The translations under genes and the position numbers were made by a program. The notes beneath the pieces were generated by a model. The model was not told the DNA's origin and searched no databases. It saw only the letters and a list, made by a program, of their open reading frames with translations. Source: Balanoglossus misakiensis (Eukaryota > Animalia > Hemichordata). Taken from it: DNA of 64,000 nt. Positions 1 through 9,911 of the stretch are shown in pieces. Each line of letters starts with the position of its first letter. The stretch's first letter is position 1. The stretch is from positions 3,410,001 to 3,474,000 of the forward strand of contig CM082590.2 of assembly GCA_040954595.2 (NCBI GenBank), read 5' to 3'.

Positions 1-112
1 CGTCTAGATGAAACACTTTGTATGACAATCACCTTCTATATTTTAAATCACCATTTCCATGTAACTGTAACTGACCACCAAAATCATATACATGTACACA
101 ACCTTCACATAC

Positions 113-321
113 CTGTAAACCAGATCCACCGCTGTTTCATGTTTGTCCAAAACTTTCACACAAGCATTCGTTCTCAATTTGTTGAATTCTTTTATAGCAT
201 GACTGTAGTCTTCACCGCCCGCCTCGGTGCCGTACGTGTTGGCGATGAATGTCTTAAACGGCCGCGTCAGGTCCACCTCGGTGCTGTTTTTCTGCGGAAC
301 GCTGATGAACGTCGCCGCCAT
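113..321 (-). CDS. PDCD6IP: First coding exon of programmed cell death 6-interacting protein (ALIX, Bro1 domain N-terminus); gene continues left of the window
   Basis: Translates MAATFISVPQKNSTEVDLTRPFKTFIANTY...EFNKLR...LDKHETAVDLVYR, closely matching the human ALIX N-terminus as I recall it (MATFISVQLKKTSEVDLAKPL...LDKHEGALETLLR). Similarity ends at a strong donor TACAG|GTATGT (GT at 112-111). The exon has 209 coding nt, phase 2; the ORF-track extension to 43 is intronic. Confidence 0.93.
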
Positions 322-359
322 CTTGGGTGCAGGAAACAGGGAAGATGACGGCTGATCAT

Positions 360-627
360 TTGACCCATGACGTCACCTTGTGTTGACCCATGACGTCATC
401 TTTGAGTGACACAACATCACGAGTGCTTTATACACGCCCATCTATTTCTTATATAGGTTATAAAAATTGGATTGGTTTTTCGTTCGAACGGAGTTTCCTT
501 TACATAACCTACGAGAACATAAGTCGATTACGCACAGAAAGCTACACGGGTGACACTGCTGGGTTTTGCTGACTAAGAGCGGGTTAAACCGGAAGTGACG
601 TCGTGACCCTCAACAGATCTCGCTAGA
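360..627. promoter_or_regulatory. Putative ALIX core/proximal promoter with CRE and ETS-CRE motifs
   Basis: Two perfect TGACGTCA palindromes (368-375, 391-398) lie in a TTGACCCATGACGTCA direct repeat. An overlapping CCGGAAGTGACGTC is at 589-602 and TCTCGCTAGA (1 mismatch to TCTCGCGAGA) at 618-627. The region is locally CpG-rich and immediately upstream of the ATG at 321. Confidence 0.6.
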
Positions 628-916
628 TTTAAAACCATGCCAATATGTTGAAGGTATTTAGTCTGGTCCCCTGCCCGAATCCCACCGCATATATACCATG
701 GGACCTTATGGGATCGGTTGCGTCTGTATGTATGTATGGATGTATGTATGGATGTATGGATTGATGTATGTCTGTATGTCCGTCCACATCAAAAACTTGA
801 AAACCTCAATATTTGGTGTGCAGATGCAGGCAGGGCTGTAGATGGGAGTTTGTCCAAACGAAGTTGCCAGGCCCAAAAATATGCAAATTAGATGGAAAAA
901 TGTGAAATTTATCATA

Positions 917-1131
917 TCAGAGTTATCTTTATCTTGATTTATCTTGACTGCCATGATTTAAAATCATGGCCAGTCAGGGAAGGAAGCCTTTTGGCTTATA
1001 TAATCCCTCATTGTCCTTTGACAGCTACAAAGGACAATGAGTGATTATATAAGCCAAAAGGCTTCCTTCCCTGACTGGCCATGATTTTAAATCATGGCAA
1101 TCAAGATAAATCAAGATAAAGATAACTCTGA
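917..1131. repeat. Near-perfect 215-bp palindrome (foldback/MITE-like)
   Basis: Arms 917-1020 and 1028-1131 are reverse complements with 2 mismatches seen; 7-nt loop ACAGCTA. Each arm contains its own inner palindrome GCCATGATTT(A/T)AAATCATGGC. Confidence 0.9.
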
Positions 1132-1908
1132 AAGTCAACAACTACTCGTCAGATTGCTTTAAAAATAGGTATGCATGTACCATATGTCAACCTCACATCG
1201 ACCTGTAATGTGTTAAGTTAATATCATCGATGTTTTATTTTTTATGAATTTTTTAGTCTTATACCTTTACTTATACCTCTATGGTTAAGCTATGTCCACG
1301 TCTTATTGTGGAATTCTGGTCTGTGCAATAGTCCTGTACAGTGACTGTCTATTGGTCAGTGAGCACAATGGGGCCAAAATAATAGGCAAAATTTTGGGCT
1401 CACCTGTAACACCTGCTTAACACATTAATTATGTGCATACCTAATTCCGGGCTAACTAATAGGGCTAGAGGTTTCGTTCTTGTGGGACATGGACCAGTAT
1501 AGGGTCAAAATTTCTTGCCCAAATTTTGGGTGACCTCAGGTGACCTTTGACCTACTTTCCTATATCTCGGCATCCAGAGCAGGTACAGACTTGGCGTTTG
1601 GAGGGTTGGGACTAAAATTGAAAAGCCAAAATATTGGTCACCTGTGACACCTGCATATCTCATTTATTATGTGCATACCTAATTCCAGGCTAACCAATAG
1701 GGCTATAGGTTTGGTTTTTGTTGAACATGGACCAGTATAGGGTCAAAATTTCTTGCCCAAATTTTGCATGACTTCAGGTGACCTTTGACCTACTTTACCA
1801 TTTCTTGGCATCCAGAGCAGGTACAGACTTGGCGTTCGGAGGGTTGGGACTAAAATTGAAAAGCCAAAATTGGGGGGTCACCTGTGACACCTGCATATCT
1901 CATTAATT

Positions 1909-2264
1909 CTCCCGACCTGAAATAGGTTTTGGCTACCTAGGTGGGTGATAAAAATATCACATGGTCGACACAATTTCAAGATGGCCGATTTTTGCCATGT
2001 TTAAGGAATAGGAGTTCATAAGCTAAAGTGATGATGGGTCATTCGGAAACTTGTTAATAGAAAAAATAACAAAATGTGAATGAAGTTTAATGAGTTTAAT
2101 ATGGTAACTACAAAGACAGACATGTTTGACCCAAGGAAGTCATGAAATACAGTAAACATATCATTTTTTCTATCTCTTACTACAGTGGGTTGTCGACTTT
2201 TCGACCAGAATGCAATGGGATTTGACCCCCTAGCGCAAAGTGAAAACCTATTTAAGGTACCCAC
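1909..2264. mobile_element. 356-bp non-autonomous DNA transposon with 4-bp AATT target duplication (Sola1-like TSD, inference)
   Basis: It interrupts the host subrepeat motif CTCATTAATTATGTGCATACC, with AATT duplicated at 1905-1908 and 2265-2268. Subterminal inverted repeats are ACCTGAAATAGGTTTT / AAAACCTATTTAAGGT. Confidence 0.65.
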
Positions 2265-3371
2265 AATTATGTGCATACCTAATTCCAGGCTAACCAATAG
2301 GGCTATAGGTTTGGTTTTTGTTGAACCTGGACCAGTATAGGGTCAAAATTTCTTGCCCAAATTTTGCATGACCTCAGGTGACCTTTGACCTACTTTTCCA
2401 TATCTTGGCATCCAGAGCAGATATGCTTATTGCTATGTTGCTATGTGCTATGTTGGCTTGGGCCCGATATTGCTGCTTGCAGATCTGCTTGCAATGTCAC
2501 CTGTAATTTTTATTCTGGTGTGTCACTGTTTCCGCATAATCCTCAAATGGGACCACAGTGTCCTTGACGCTATTTTTTGATACGTTGTGCGTTATTTTGA
2601 ACGCCTTAAAGGGAAAGTTAAGTCGAACCGATTTAGTATTATGTGTTAGCTTTGGGTTCAGTTATTCAGGGGAATAAACATTTCACCTTCTCAAACTCAT
2701 GTGATTTTGCACAAAAAGGGAAAGAGATTATTCGATATCAAATGACGTCAGACGCGCTCAGACGGCAGTTACGTTGGCATTCAAATTTCCAGCTGACGGG
2801 CAACTTCAACAACGTGGTGCAGACAAAGACTGTGCAGACAAAACGTCATGATGTTGATGAGGCACCATACCTGATACATGTTACGTGTCTGGCAGTTCTA
2901 AAGTAAAAACATACTCGGAAAATTGTTTACTAGATGCCAAAATATTGCTTGCCCGTCATCTGAAAATAATAACGCCGTGGGTCACATGGCCAGATCACGT
3001 GATTGATAGTTAAGAATTGACGGAAGATACATTCTGGGGCTACATCAAATTAAACTATTTTGAATCATTTGCATATAAGTCTTCGTATAAGCCTTCATGA
3101 TTTCTATGATAAAAAGATGTGAATAGTATTATTTGTTAACAAATCTCTCCTTACAAAAGAATAGAAAGGTTTGGAGCATTATCATTTTGTCAAGTCTGTC
3201 CACAGGCGCATACTGCCTTATGATGATTACATAGGCCTAATTAATTAATATGTTCCTTAAAGGGACAAAGTCTCTCTCTTGCTGCCCCCTTTCCATTGAT
3301 TATGTTTGATTCAACACACCATGTGTATATATAGTGAATCAACGTTCGGCCACACATGTTTGTAGGATATG

Positions 3372-3441
3372 AGAGTGAAAATCTCGCCCAAATGAATAAA
3401 CGGTAGAGACCGATTATTCATTTTGGCGAGTTTTTCACTCT
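3372..3441. repeat. 70-bp imperfect hairpin
   Basis: AGAGTGAAAATCTCGCCCAAATGAATAAACGGT-agag-ACCGATTATTCATTTTGGCGAGTTTTTCACTCT. Confidence 0.75.
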
Positions 3442-3633
3442 TGTGTCAACAAGTGGGATGCAAGCTGTACGTGGTCGAACAGTGATTCGCTATATATCCA
3501 CATGTAGAATAACATAAACGGTGTCTTGTATCAAACATAATGGGCTTAGAGGGCACACTGACAGTGACAAAACTATACCCCAAAGCGTTGCATAATGGTC
3601 CCAAGCAGACATACATTTCCACAACTTCGCCTC

Positions 3634-4228
3634 CATAGGTGTAGGAACCAGAAGGGGGGGGGTGGTCACTTGTCCCCCCCCCCCCTCCAATGCTGAAGTA
3701 GGGGGGGGGGCAAAGAAATACTTGTGGCCCCCCCCCCCCAACTTTAGGGACAAAAAATTGCGGTTTGGAGATTGTTATATTACAAAATTTTCTAATGTCA
3801 GAGGGGGACACCCCTTCCCACACTCACCCCTTTCATTCTTTCACACCTTTCATGTATTGCCTGGTGAACCTAGGCAGAGTACTTGCCCCCCCCCCCCCCC
3901 ACCAATGCTAACTTTGAGCTGCGAAGGTTATATTTGTCCTTCCCAACATAGTTGAGTTAATTTGCTTTTTGAGTTCATTAAAATGCAGCTTTGAGCTCTG
4001 TATTTAATAACATTTTCTAATGTGGGAGGGGGCACCCACTCCCAAACCCACCTTTACCAATTCTACTAACTATTGTAATGACTTGTCCTTTTAATTTGTT
4101 CATATATTAATTTAATTATTTGAATTTATTCATGTATGCAAATTTCCATTGTAAGTCCTTCACCACCAGAATGTTGGTTACATTTGCCCCCCCCCCCCCC
4201 TAACCATGAATTGGTCCCTAAGCCCCTG
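3634..4228. mobile_element. Non-autonomous DNA transposon with G/C homopolymer runs and 5-bp TSD (hAT5-like, inference)
   Basis: Imperfect TIRs CATAGGTGTAGGAACC ... GGTCCCTAAGCCCCTG; GCCTC duplicated at 3629-3633 and 4229-4233; internal poly-C/poly-G tracts explain the Pro/Gly-rich spurious ORFs. Confidence 0.65.
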
Positions 4229-6704
4229 GCCTCGCAAATTATTCGTATGGGCTTAGATTATTCCTCAAATAATTTAGCGAAAACATAAACATAAAATCAT
4301 TTCAATCAAATGCAACGCAATTTGAATGATGACCAATGGGATATTCATTGTCCTGTCATAGAACATTGAAAGGGTATATAAATAAGGCTTCCAACAAAAG
4401 GTACTACATAATTAAATGTAGATTTATGAATTATTTTTCAGTTAAAATGAATATAGTGCAAACAAATTCTGAAAATATTGTGTCAATTTTATTCAAACAA
4501 AATTGCCAATATTGGAAGGAATTCTTCAAATACATGTCATCAATAATTGAAATATCAACCTGTCTTCTTTATTAGTATATGTAGACATCTTAAAACACTA
4601 TCATTCTTATTAATATGCCCATAACATCATTGATGTAGTTTTTTTTTTCAAACCAGTTGATGTTCATTTGTGTGTTTGTTTTTGTGTGGCATCTGTCTCT
4701 GCAATTTACATATTGTTTGAAAGAGTCATAAACAGAGAGTTCAAATGAGGGGTAAATTCAGTATGTTCTAAAATAATTCAATACAAACAAAGTTGTCTTA
4801 TTCATGACAGCTGTCCCTGACACAGATGTACACATGGCCAATACGGGCACTGGCTAAACACATATGTTTGACCTGCGTCTATTCACTTTACAAGTTTACC
4901 TTCACATTGATAAACTAGGGATTGACCAACCAGGTTAACATATTTGGGGAAAATGTGCTTATGATTTTACAGGAACAAAATCCGAAACAAAAGGATCAGA
5001 TCAGAGTGAATAATCCAAGTTGGCCAGTTTCTGTGTGGGGGATATTTGTGAGGTGAATTTACAAGCTTGATACTTCACACATTTGGTTTTGTAAAACACA
5101 ATGTAGAAAACGTTAATATAAAAAGCTTTTAAAAGGAAACATACGGTAACATTAACTGTGACTTGCGAGTATTACCAATTTGTGTGTATTGAACATACCT
5201 GTAGCAATAACAATAAGCTGTGGTTTAAGTATTTTATCGACACAATTATCAGATTGTACAGATGGTCTTAGAACAACCTTGGTTATTGAGCTTTAAAACA
5301 AAAACTCCTGAAGTTTTTTGTCCTTTGACTGAATATTCAAGCAGATATTGTCATTGCAATTAACCTTGTTCCTGCTGGATCAATGGATAAAGAGAACACT
5401 GAGTTAACATGAAATAAAGTCTGTCCACACATGTCTGAGTAATGGTCCCATACAAAAGGATTCACTGACAGACGGAATGTTATCTTTAAGACAGCTGGTT
5501 TGGATCCAAGGGAAGTGAAAAGAAATCACTATATGCCATTTCTGTCAAGATTGTTAGTACATCAATTAAATTTTGCATATATCACATGTTGATATGCATA
5601 TTTGAAGACATTAAACTTGTGACAGAAAAAAAAATTAACATAACCGCATACATTTTCAGCGATTAAAATACGAGACAAAAGAAACAAAAGCCAAGTATTA
5701 TATTAACACACCAAAAACTGCCGTATATTGATAAACTTGAAATTTGCAAATGAATGTTTTAATGGAAACATTCATGATTGAAGAGGACATTAAAAAATTC
5801 TTGATAATTTTTAAAAAGTTACATAATTCTACATTGATGCACAATACATAAGATAGTACTTGGTGTAAAGACAGACAATCTCCTTCTCTCTTTACTAAAC
5901 ATAGATTTGGCTACACATCAACAGAATGTGTTTAATGTCAGTTGTGGTATACTAGTCCATTAAAGAAATCACCAAATATAAATTGAGATAGTCCAATCCA
6001 ATTAACCTGGGTCATTTGATTATGTTACAAATGCAACCTCAAAGTGAATTTTCTCACAAGAAGATTGAAAGGCCACATTTTTGTTTATCAAATCATAGGA
6101 TTGGTGTCTGCACAGAGGATACTGCATGAGCAGTGTTACCATCATATAGCGAGAGCTTAAGACGTCATTTCATCCAGTTATCTTTGACCGTGATTTCTTT
6201 TGGCCGATGAACATGGTGCTATCTGGTACATGGTGAAGGAGCATCTAACTGGAAGATCTATTGTATAATTTCCTACAGTCATCTAAAAACAATTCCCACT
6301 ATCTCTAACCACAGATCAAACATGAAATATTTCATTCTTTTGTCTAACTTTGACATTGTTGGAACTGTTCATGGGATATATCCGAATAAAATGTATATAA
6401 GTAGTATTCCTTGTACTTGGAAATAATGTCACAATTCTGTCAGTCTATACACAATGGGAAATGCAGTTACTGTGTAGTACATGTGTGGTCAGATCCAAAT
6501 TCTGTAGTGTTTGGAATCTACCAGTCTTGCGCCCTCATGAGATGTTTGAGAGTACATTATGGATGCTAGGGTATATTGGTGGAAATGTTCGATTTATGTT
6601 TTGGTAACATTCATGCACATGTATTGTGGTATCACAGATACAATACCGTATGTAAACGTAGAGTATTGTGATAATCTTTGGATGACACCCGCATCAGTAT
6701 GTCT

Positions 6705-9700
6705 CTATTGTTTACTTGCCAGCTCAAGAAAGTGAGTTTCACAAACCCAAATGACACCTGTGCCATATGCTATTGGCTGTAGGCCCCCAAACTGTCCATC
6801 TTCATCAGCTTTTCCGAGAAAGCGTTGGAAATCTCTGCGGTGTGGTGATGATTTCATCTTTTCTAACTCCTCCATGGACTTTTGTAGTGGCTCTCTGGAT
6901 ATGTCATTCAATTCTGGATACTTGCTTCCAAAATCGTCCAAGAATTCTGACAGTAAGTTACCTGCTTTCCCAGCGATTGCTGGAACTGCTTTTGCTGCTG
7001 CAGCAGCAGTACCGGTTGGATCTGGAATGAACTTCAACAAACCACCAGCTTTCTCAATGAACTTCAGAATTCTACAAATATGTGGACCATACTTCTTGAG
7101 AAAGCCATTCACATTTCTAACTCGATATCCTGGGGAATCAATGAAATGCAACTGTTGTGGCTTTTCACAAAGCAAGTGGACTGCATAACCATCAGAGAAG
7201 TGGGAAAACACATACTGTGTCAGTTGACCAACAATTGATAGGCTGCCTGTGTTAACCGACAGCATAACAAAGTGACTTGGGCAGCGCATGTCTTTGGACA
7301 TGTCAAATCTAGTCTGGGTAGAAATTGGTCTTTCTACACCATGCCACTGTAGTAGGTCTAACCTGTTGTCAAATGTGTGACTGTGTGATTTGGGAATTGA
7401 ACAGATTAGACTGTTTCCAACCTGTTTCATTTCTCCAATCTTAGGTTTACACTGAACTATACAGTGTGGGCATGATAGGGACTCTGGTACCTTCATATCA
7501 ACATTCATGTACTGAGCGGTGTTGAGAACATCCTTCATGATGCTTTGGAGTTGTTGCAGGAGGCAACAAGCCTGTGGTCCCCTAACACTGACAAGGATAC
7601 TGTTGCTATGGTAAAGCAACTCAAAACGTACATGGTGCACAGTATCAACACTTCTGCCGAAACCACCAGATTTGATACATTCATCACATGGTTCCAACCT
7701 TTCATTGCAAAGAAACACAATGTTATTTCGTGTGTATGTGGGATGACTCGACTCTGCAAAGATGGCCTTCTCATTGACCGCTACTATTAGATCACAGAAA
7801 AACAGCGGAGGTAGAAAGCCAAATTCATAAAGTTGACTAGCCTGTCTGACTTTGTCTTTAGGATATGGGTACCAACTATCTTGTGATGGTTGACCAACAG
7901 GTAACTTACAAGGAAACAGAAAACCCTTCTTCCCTTCAACTGATGTTTGTTCATCACCAAATGCAAAACAGATACGCAATGATGTAAAAACATCTAAAAG
8001 TGAGCCACGATATTCACTTTCGATGTCTGCCCAGGCTTTTACCATGTTCTCCATTGACAGTATGCCATTGTTATCAATGAATTCCCCAGACCCATCTTCC
8101 CTTGCATAAGATATCAGTGTCTTCAATTTATTAGCCAGCCAATGGGGATCGAGCACTACCAGCACTTGCAGACCCTTTGCTCCAGTTGTAGATCTAGATG
8201 GATCAACCACTATGTCACCCTGACTACACAGAAAACTGGTTGCATTATCAAATGTCACACCTTTTTCAATTCCAATGTTACCAGCAATCTCCTGGTATTC
8301 CTTGTAGGTCATTACTGGGTTTGGACGTTTCAGTCGTTCTGATTTTAAGTTCCCTCGCAAGAGATTCCACTTTTCTGGGATTTCTGGGCTTGTTGATTCC
8401 AAAAGATTATCACAAACCTTTGTTAGTGCTTTTTGCAACTGTGCAATGCTCTTATTCCCCTTGTATAATATCCTATTTGGGAATTTTTCTGTGCTGCAAA
8501 CCTCAACATATCCAACAACGTGTGGACAAGAAGTCAGAGCTCTTCCTTCTGAAGGAGGCATTTGACTTTCATCAACCAATTCCTCATCACCATCAATACT
8601 CACATATCCAGCTAATCCCCTGTACATACTCTTTCTTTTCAGCACATCTTGGTTCTGACACACTAAGCAATCTTTGCGCATATTTTGCCGGTAATGCTTG
8701 TGATGTGTGTCTCTCATTTCAACAAGTGTATCATGAACCGTCTGCCAAATCAAGTCAAGCATAGCCCTGTTTAACATTGGCGCATCAGCATGGGTACCTA
8801 CCAGAATGACTTGGGAATTTGGAGCATATGCAAACACGGTCTGCAACCACAATTTCACTCTCCCCATTTGATGTGAAGATGACACCTTGTTCGTCGTTGA
8901 ACTAATGGCAAATTTGCTGAGGTCAAAGGTGACCAAAAAGACACTGTCATCTGTAATAAACAGTGAATGTGATTCCAGAAAATCTACATCCCCAGCAAAA
9001 TCAAACACGGTCAACTTTATATCTCTCTCTTTGAGATTTATTTCCGAGATGTCTATGCCATCAGTTTTCTGCACGTCTGATAATTCACCCTTCAATGCTT
9101 GCACTAGAGTGGTTTTTCCTACACGTTCATGACCAACGAGAACTACCTTGACATTCCTGTTAGGCAACGTCTTTGTGTTCAGAAATTCATTCAAGTAAGA
9201 CAAGACAGCTTCCTTACCACCCCTTAAAATATCACGTGGTATGTTTATGGATGGATTTCCTTCTACGCTGATGTATTCACAATCAACAAGTTTGCTCAAC
9301 GATGGTGGTATTCTCTTAATTGAATTGTTACTCACATCCAATGTTGATAAACCAGGAATTGAACCGATGTCCTCCTGCAGATCAGTCAAACCATTGTTAT
9401 TTAATAACAACTGTTTAACACTCCCACAAGCTATGTGTATTACTTTCATTTTACTGTCTGTTCGAGGTGATTTCTTCACTTTGAGGGTACAGTAACTTAC
9501 ATTCAGTATTTCAAATGACCCAGGATATTGGATAGACCATGGTACAGGGATCTTAGTATCAATGCAGGTGAAATACCTAGCTGAGGGCAAAAGCCAACCA
9601 GCCACTTTCTCAGGATCAAAAGACTTAACACTGATTAAAGTGAGACTCTCCGATACCTTTATGTTTCTCACCTCCTTGATGTCGACATTGCATAACACCA

Positions 9701-9911
9701 ATGAACTTATATCTCTACCCTTCATAAGTACATCTAACCTTGATAACGCTTTGCTGTCACCAACTACAATTGCCTTTACTTTCTCTCCACTCTTGTAAAT
9801 GGCTGTCAACTTTTCATCCAAAGTGTCATCTGACAAGTCGAGGACTTCACGCGTCATATCAGATTTTTCAACTACAATTGATCCGATCTTTCCAGCTTTC
9901 AGTAAATGTTT
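6705..9911 (-). CDS. Terminal exon of ROCO gene: short LRR, Roc GTPase, COR and C-terminal domain
   Basis: The long ORF contains LRRs (LLLNNNGLTDLQEDIGSIPGLSTLDVSNNSIKRIP), P-loop GHERVGKT (9111-9134), TDGIDI, DFAGD (8988-9002), G4 VGTHAD and COR motifs (IPEKW; VLDPHWL). The true 5' edge is the acceptor CTTCTTTTTTCAG|AAACAT at 9911, so the first 27 aa of the track ORF are intronic. Stop TAG is at 6707-6705. Confidence 0.95.
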   Translation of the reverse strand, partial: KHLLKAGKIGSIVVEKSDMTREVLDLSDDTLDEKLTAIYKSGEKVKAIVVGDSKALSRLDVLMKGRDISSLVLCNVDIKEVRNIKVSESLTLISVKSFDPEKVAGWLLPSARYFTCIDTKIPVPWSIQYPGSFEILNVSYCTLKVKKSPRTDSKMKVIHIACGSVKQLLLNNNGLTDLQEDIGSIPGLSTLDVSNNSIKRIPPSLSKLVDCEYISVEGNPSINIPRDILRGGKEAVLSYLNEFLNTKTLPNRNVKVVLVGHERVGKTTLVQALKGELSDVQKTDGIDISEINLKERDIKLTVFDFAGDVDFLESHSLFITDDSVFLVTFDLSKFAISSTTNKVSSSHQMGRVKLWLQTVFAYAPNSQVILVGTHADAPMLNRAMLDLIWQTVHDTLVEMRDTHHKHYRQNMRKDCLVCQNQDVLKRKSMYRGLAGYVSIDGDEELVDESQMPPSEGRALTSCPHVVGYVEVCSTEKFPNRILYKGNKSIAQLQKALTKVCDNLLESTSPEIPEKWNLLRGNLKSERLKRPNPVMTYKEYQEIAGNIGIEKGVTFDNATSFLCSQGDIVVDPSRSTTGAKGLQVLVVLDPHWLANKLKTLISYAREDGSGEFIDNNGILSMENMVKAWADIESEYRGSLLDVFTSLRICFAFGDEQTSVEGKKGFLFPCKLPVGQPSQDSWYPYPKDKVRQASQLYEFGFLPPLFFCDLIVAVNEKAIFAESSHPTYTRNNIVFLCNERLEPCDECIKSGGFGRSVDTVHHVRFELLYHSNSILVSVRGPQACCLLQQLQSIMKDVLNTAQYMNVDMKVPESLSCPHCIVQCKPKIGEMKQVGNSLICSIPKSHSHTFDNRLDLLQWHGVERPISTQTRFDMSKDMRCPSHFVMLSVNTGSLSIVGQLTQYVFSHFSDGYAVHLLCEKPQQLHFIDSPGYRVRNVNGFLKKYGPHICRILKFIEKAGGLLKFIPDPTGTAAAAAKAVPAIAGKAGNLLSEFLDDFGSKYPELNDISREPLQKSMEELEKMKSSPHRRDFQRFLGKADEDGQFGGLQPIAYGTGVIWVCETHFLELASKQ

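Larger units (their letters stand above)
658..2483 (-). mobile_element. Helentron/HINE-like non-autonomous element, same family as the large arrays, opposite orientation
   Basis: Reverse complement of the family 5' motif (CTGCAAGCAGC..TCGGGCCCAAG) is at ~2457-2482. ~181-bp TGACCTTTGACCTAC subrepeats occupy 1400-2420, and 1265-1900 mirrors 30.9-31.7 kb. A (GTAT/GGAT)n microsatellite at 722-780 and a weak stem-loop near 665-705 mark the 3' end. It is interrupted by two insertions. Confidence 0.65.

Noticed and set aside
630-660. Possible first exon of a divergent plus-strand gene (ACCATG...GAAG|GTATTT)
   Set aside because: Weak donor, no downstream plus-strand exons found, and it runs directly into a repeat.
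2607-3270. TTAAAGGG starts (also near 25494) suggesting further Kolobok-like MITEs
   Set aside because: No matching inverted terminus with TTAA could be identified.
3446-3955. Pro/Gly-rich ORFs
   Set aside because: Produced by poly-C/poly-G runs of the 3634-4228 transposon.
4330-6704. 3' UTR and poly(A) site of the ROCO gene
   Set aside because: Plausible, but there are several candidate AATAAA signals on the minus strand (e.g. 4488-4493, 4568-4573) in AT-rich DNA and they cannot be distinguished without transcripts.
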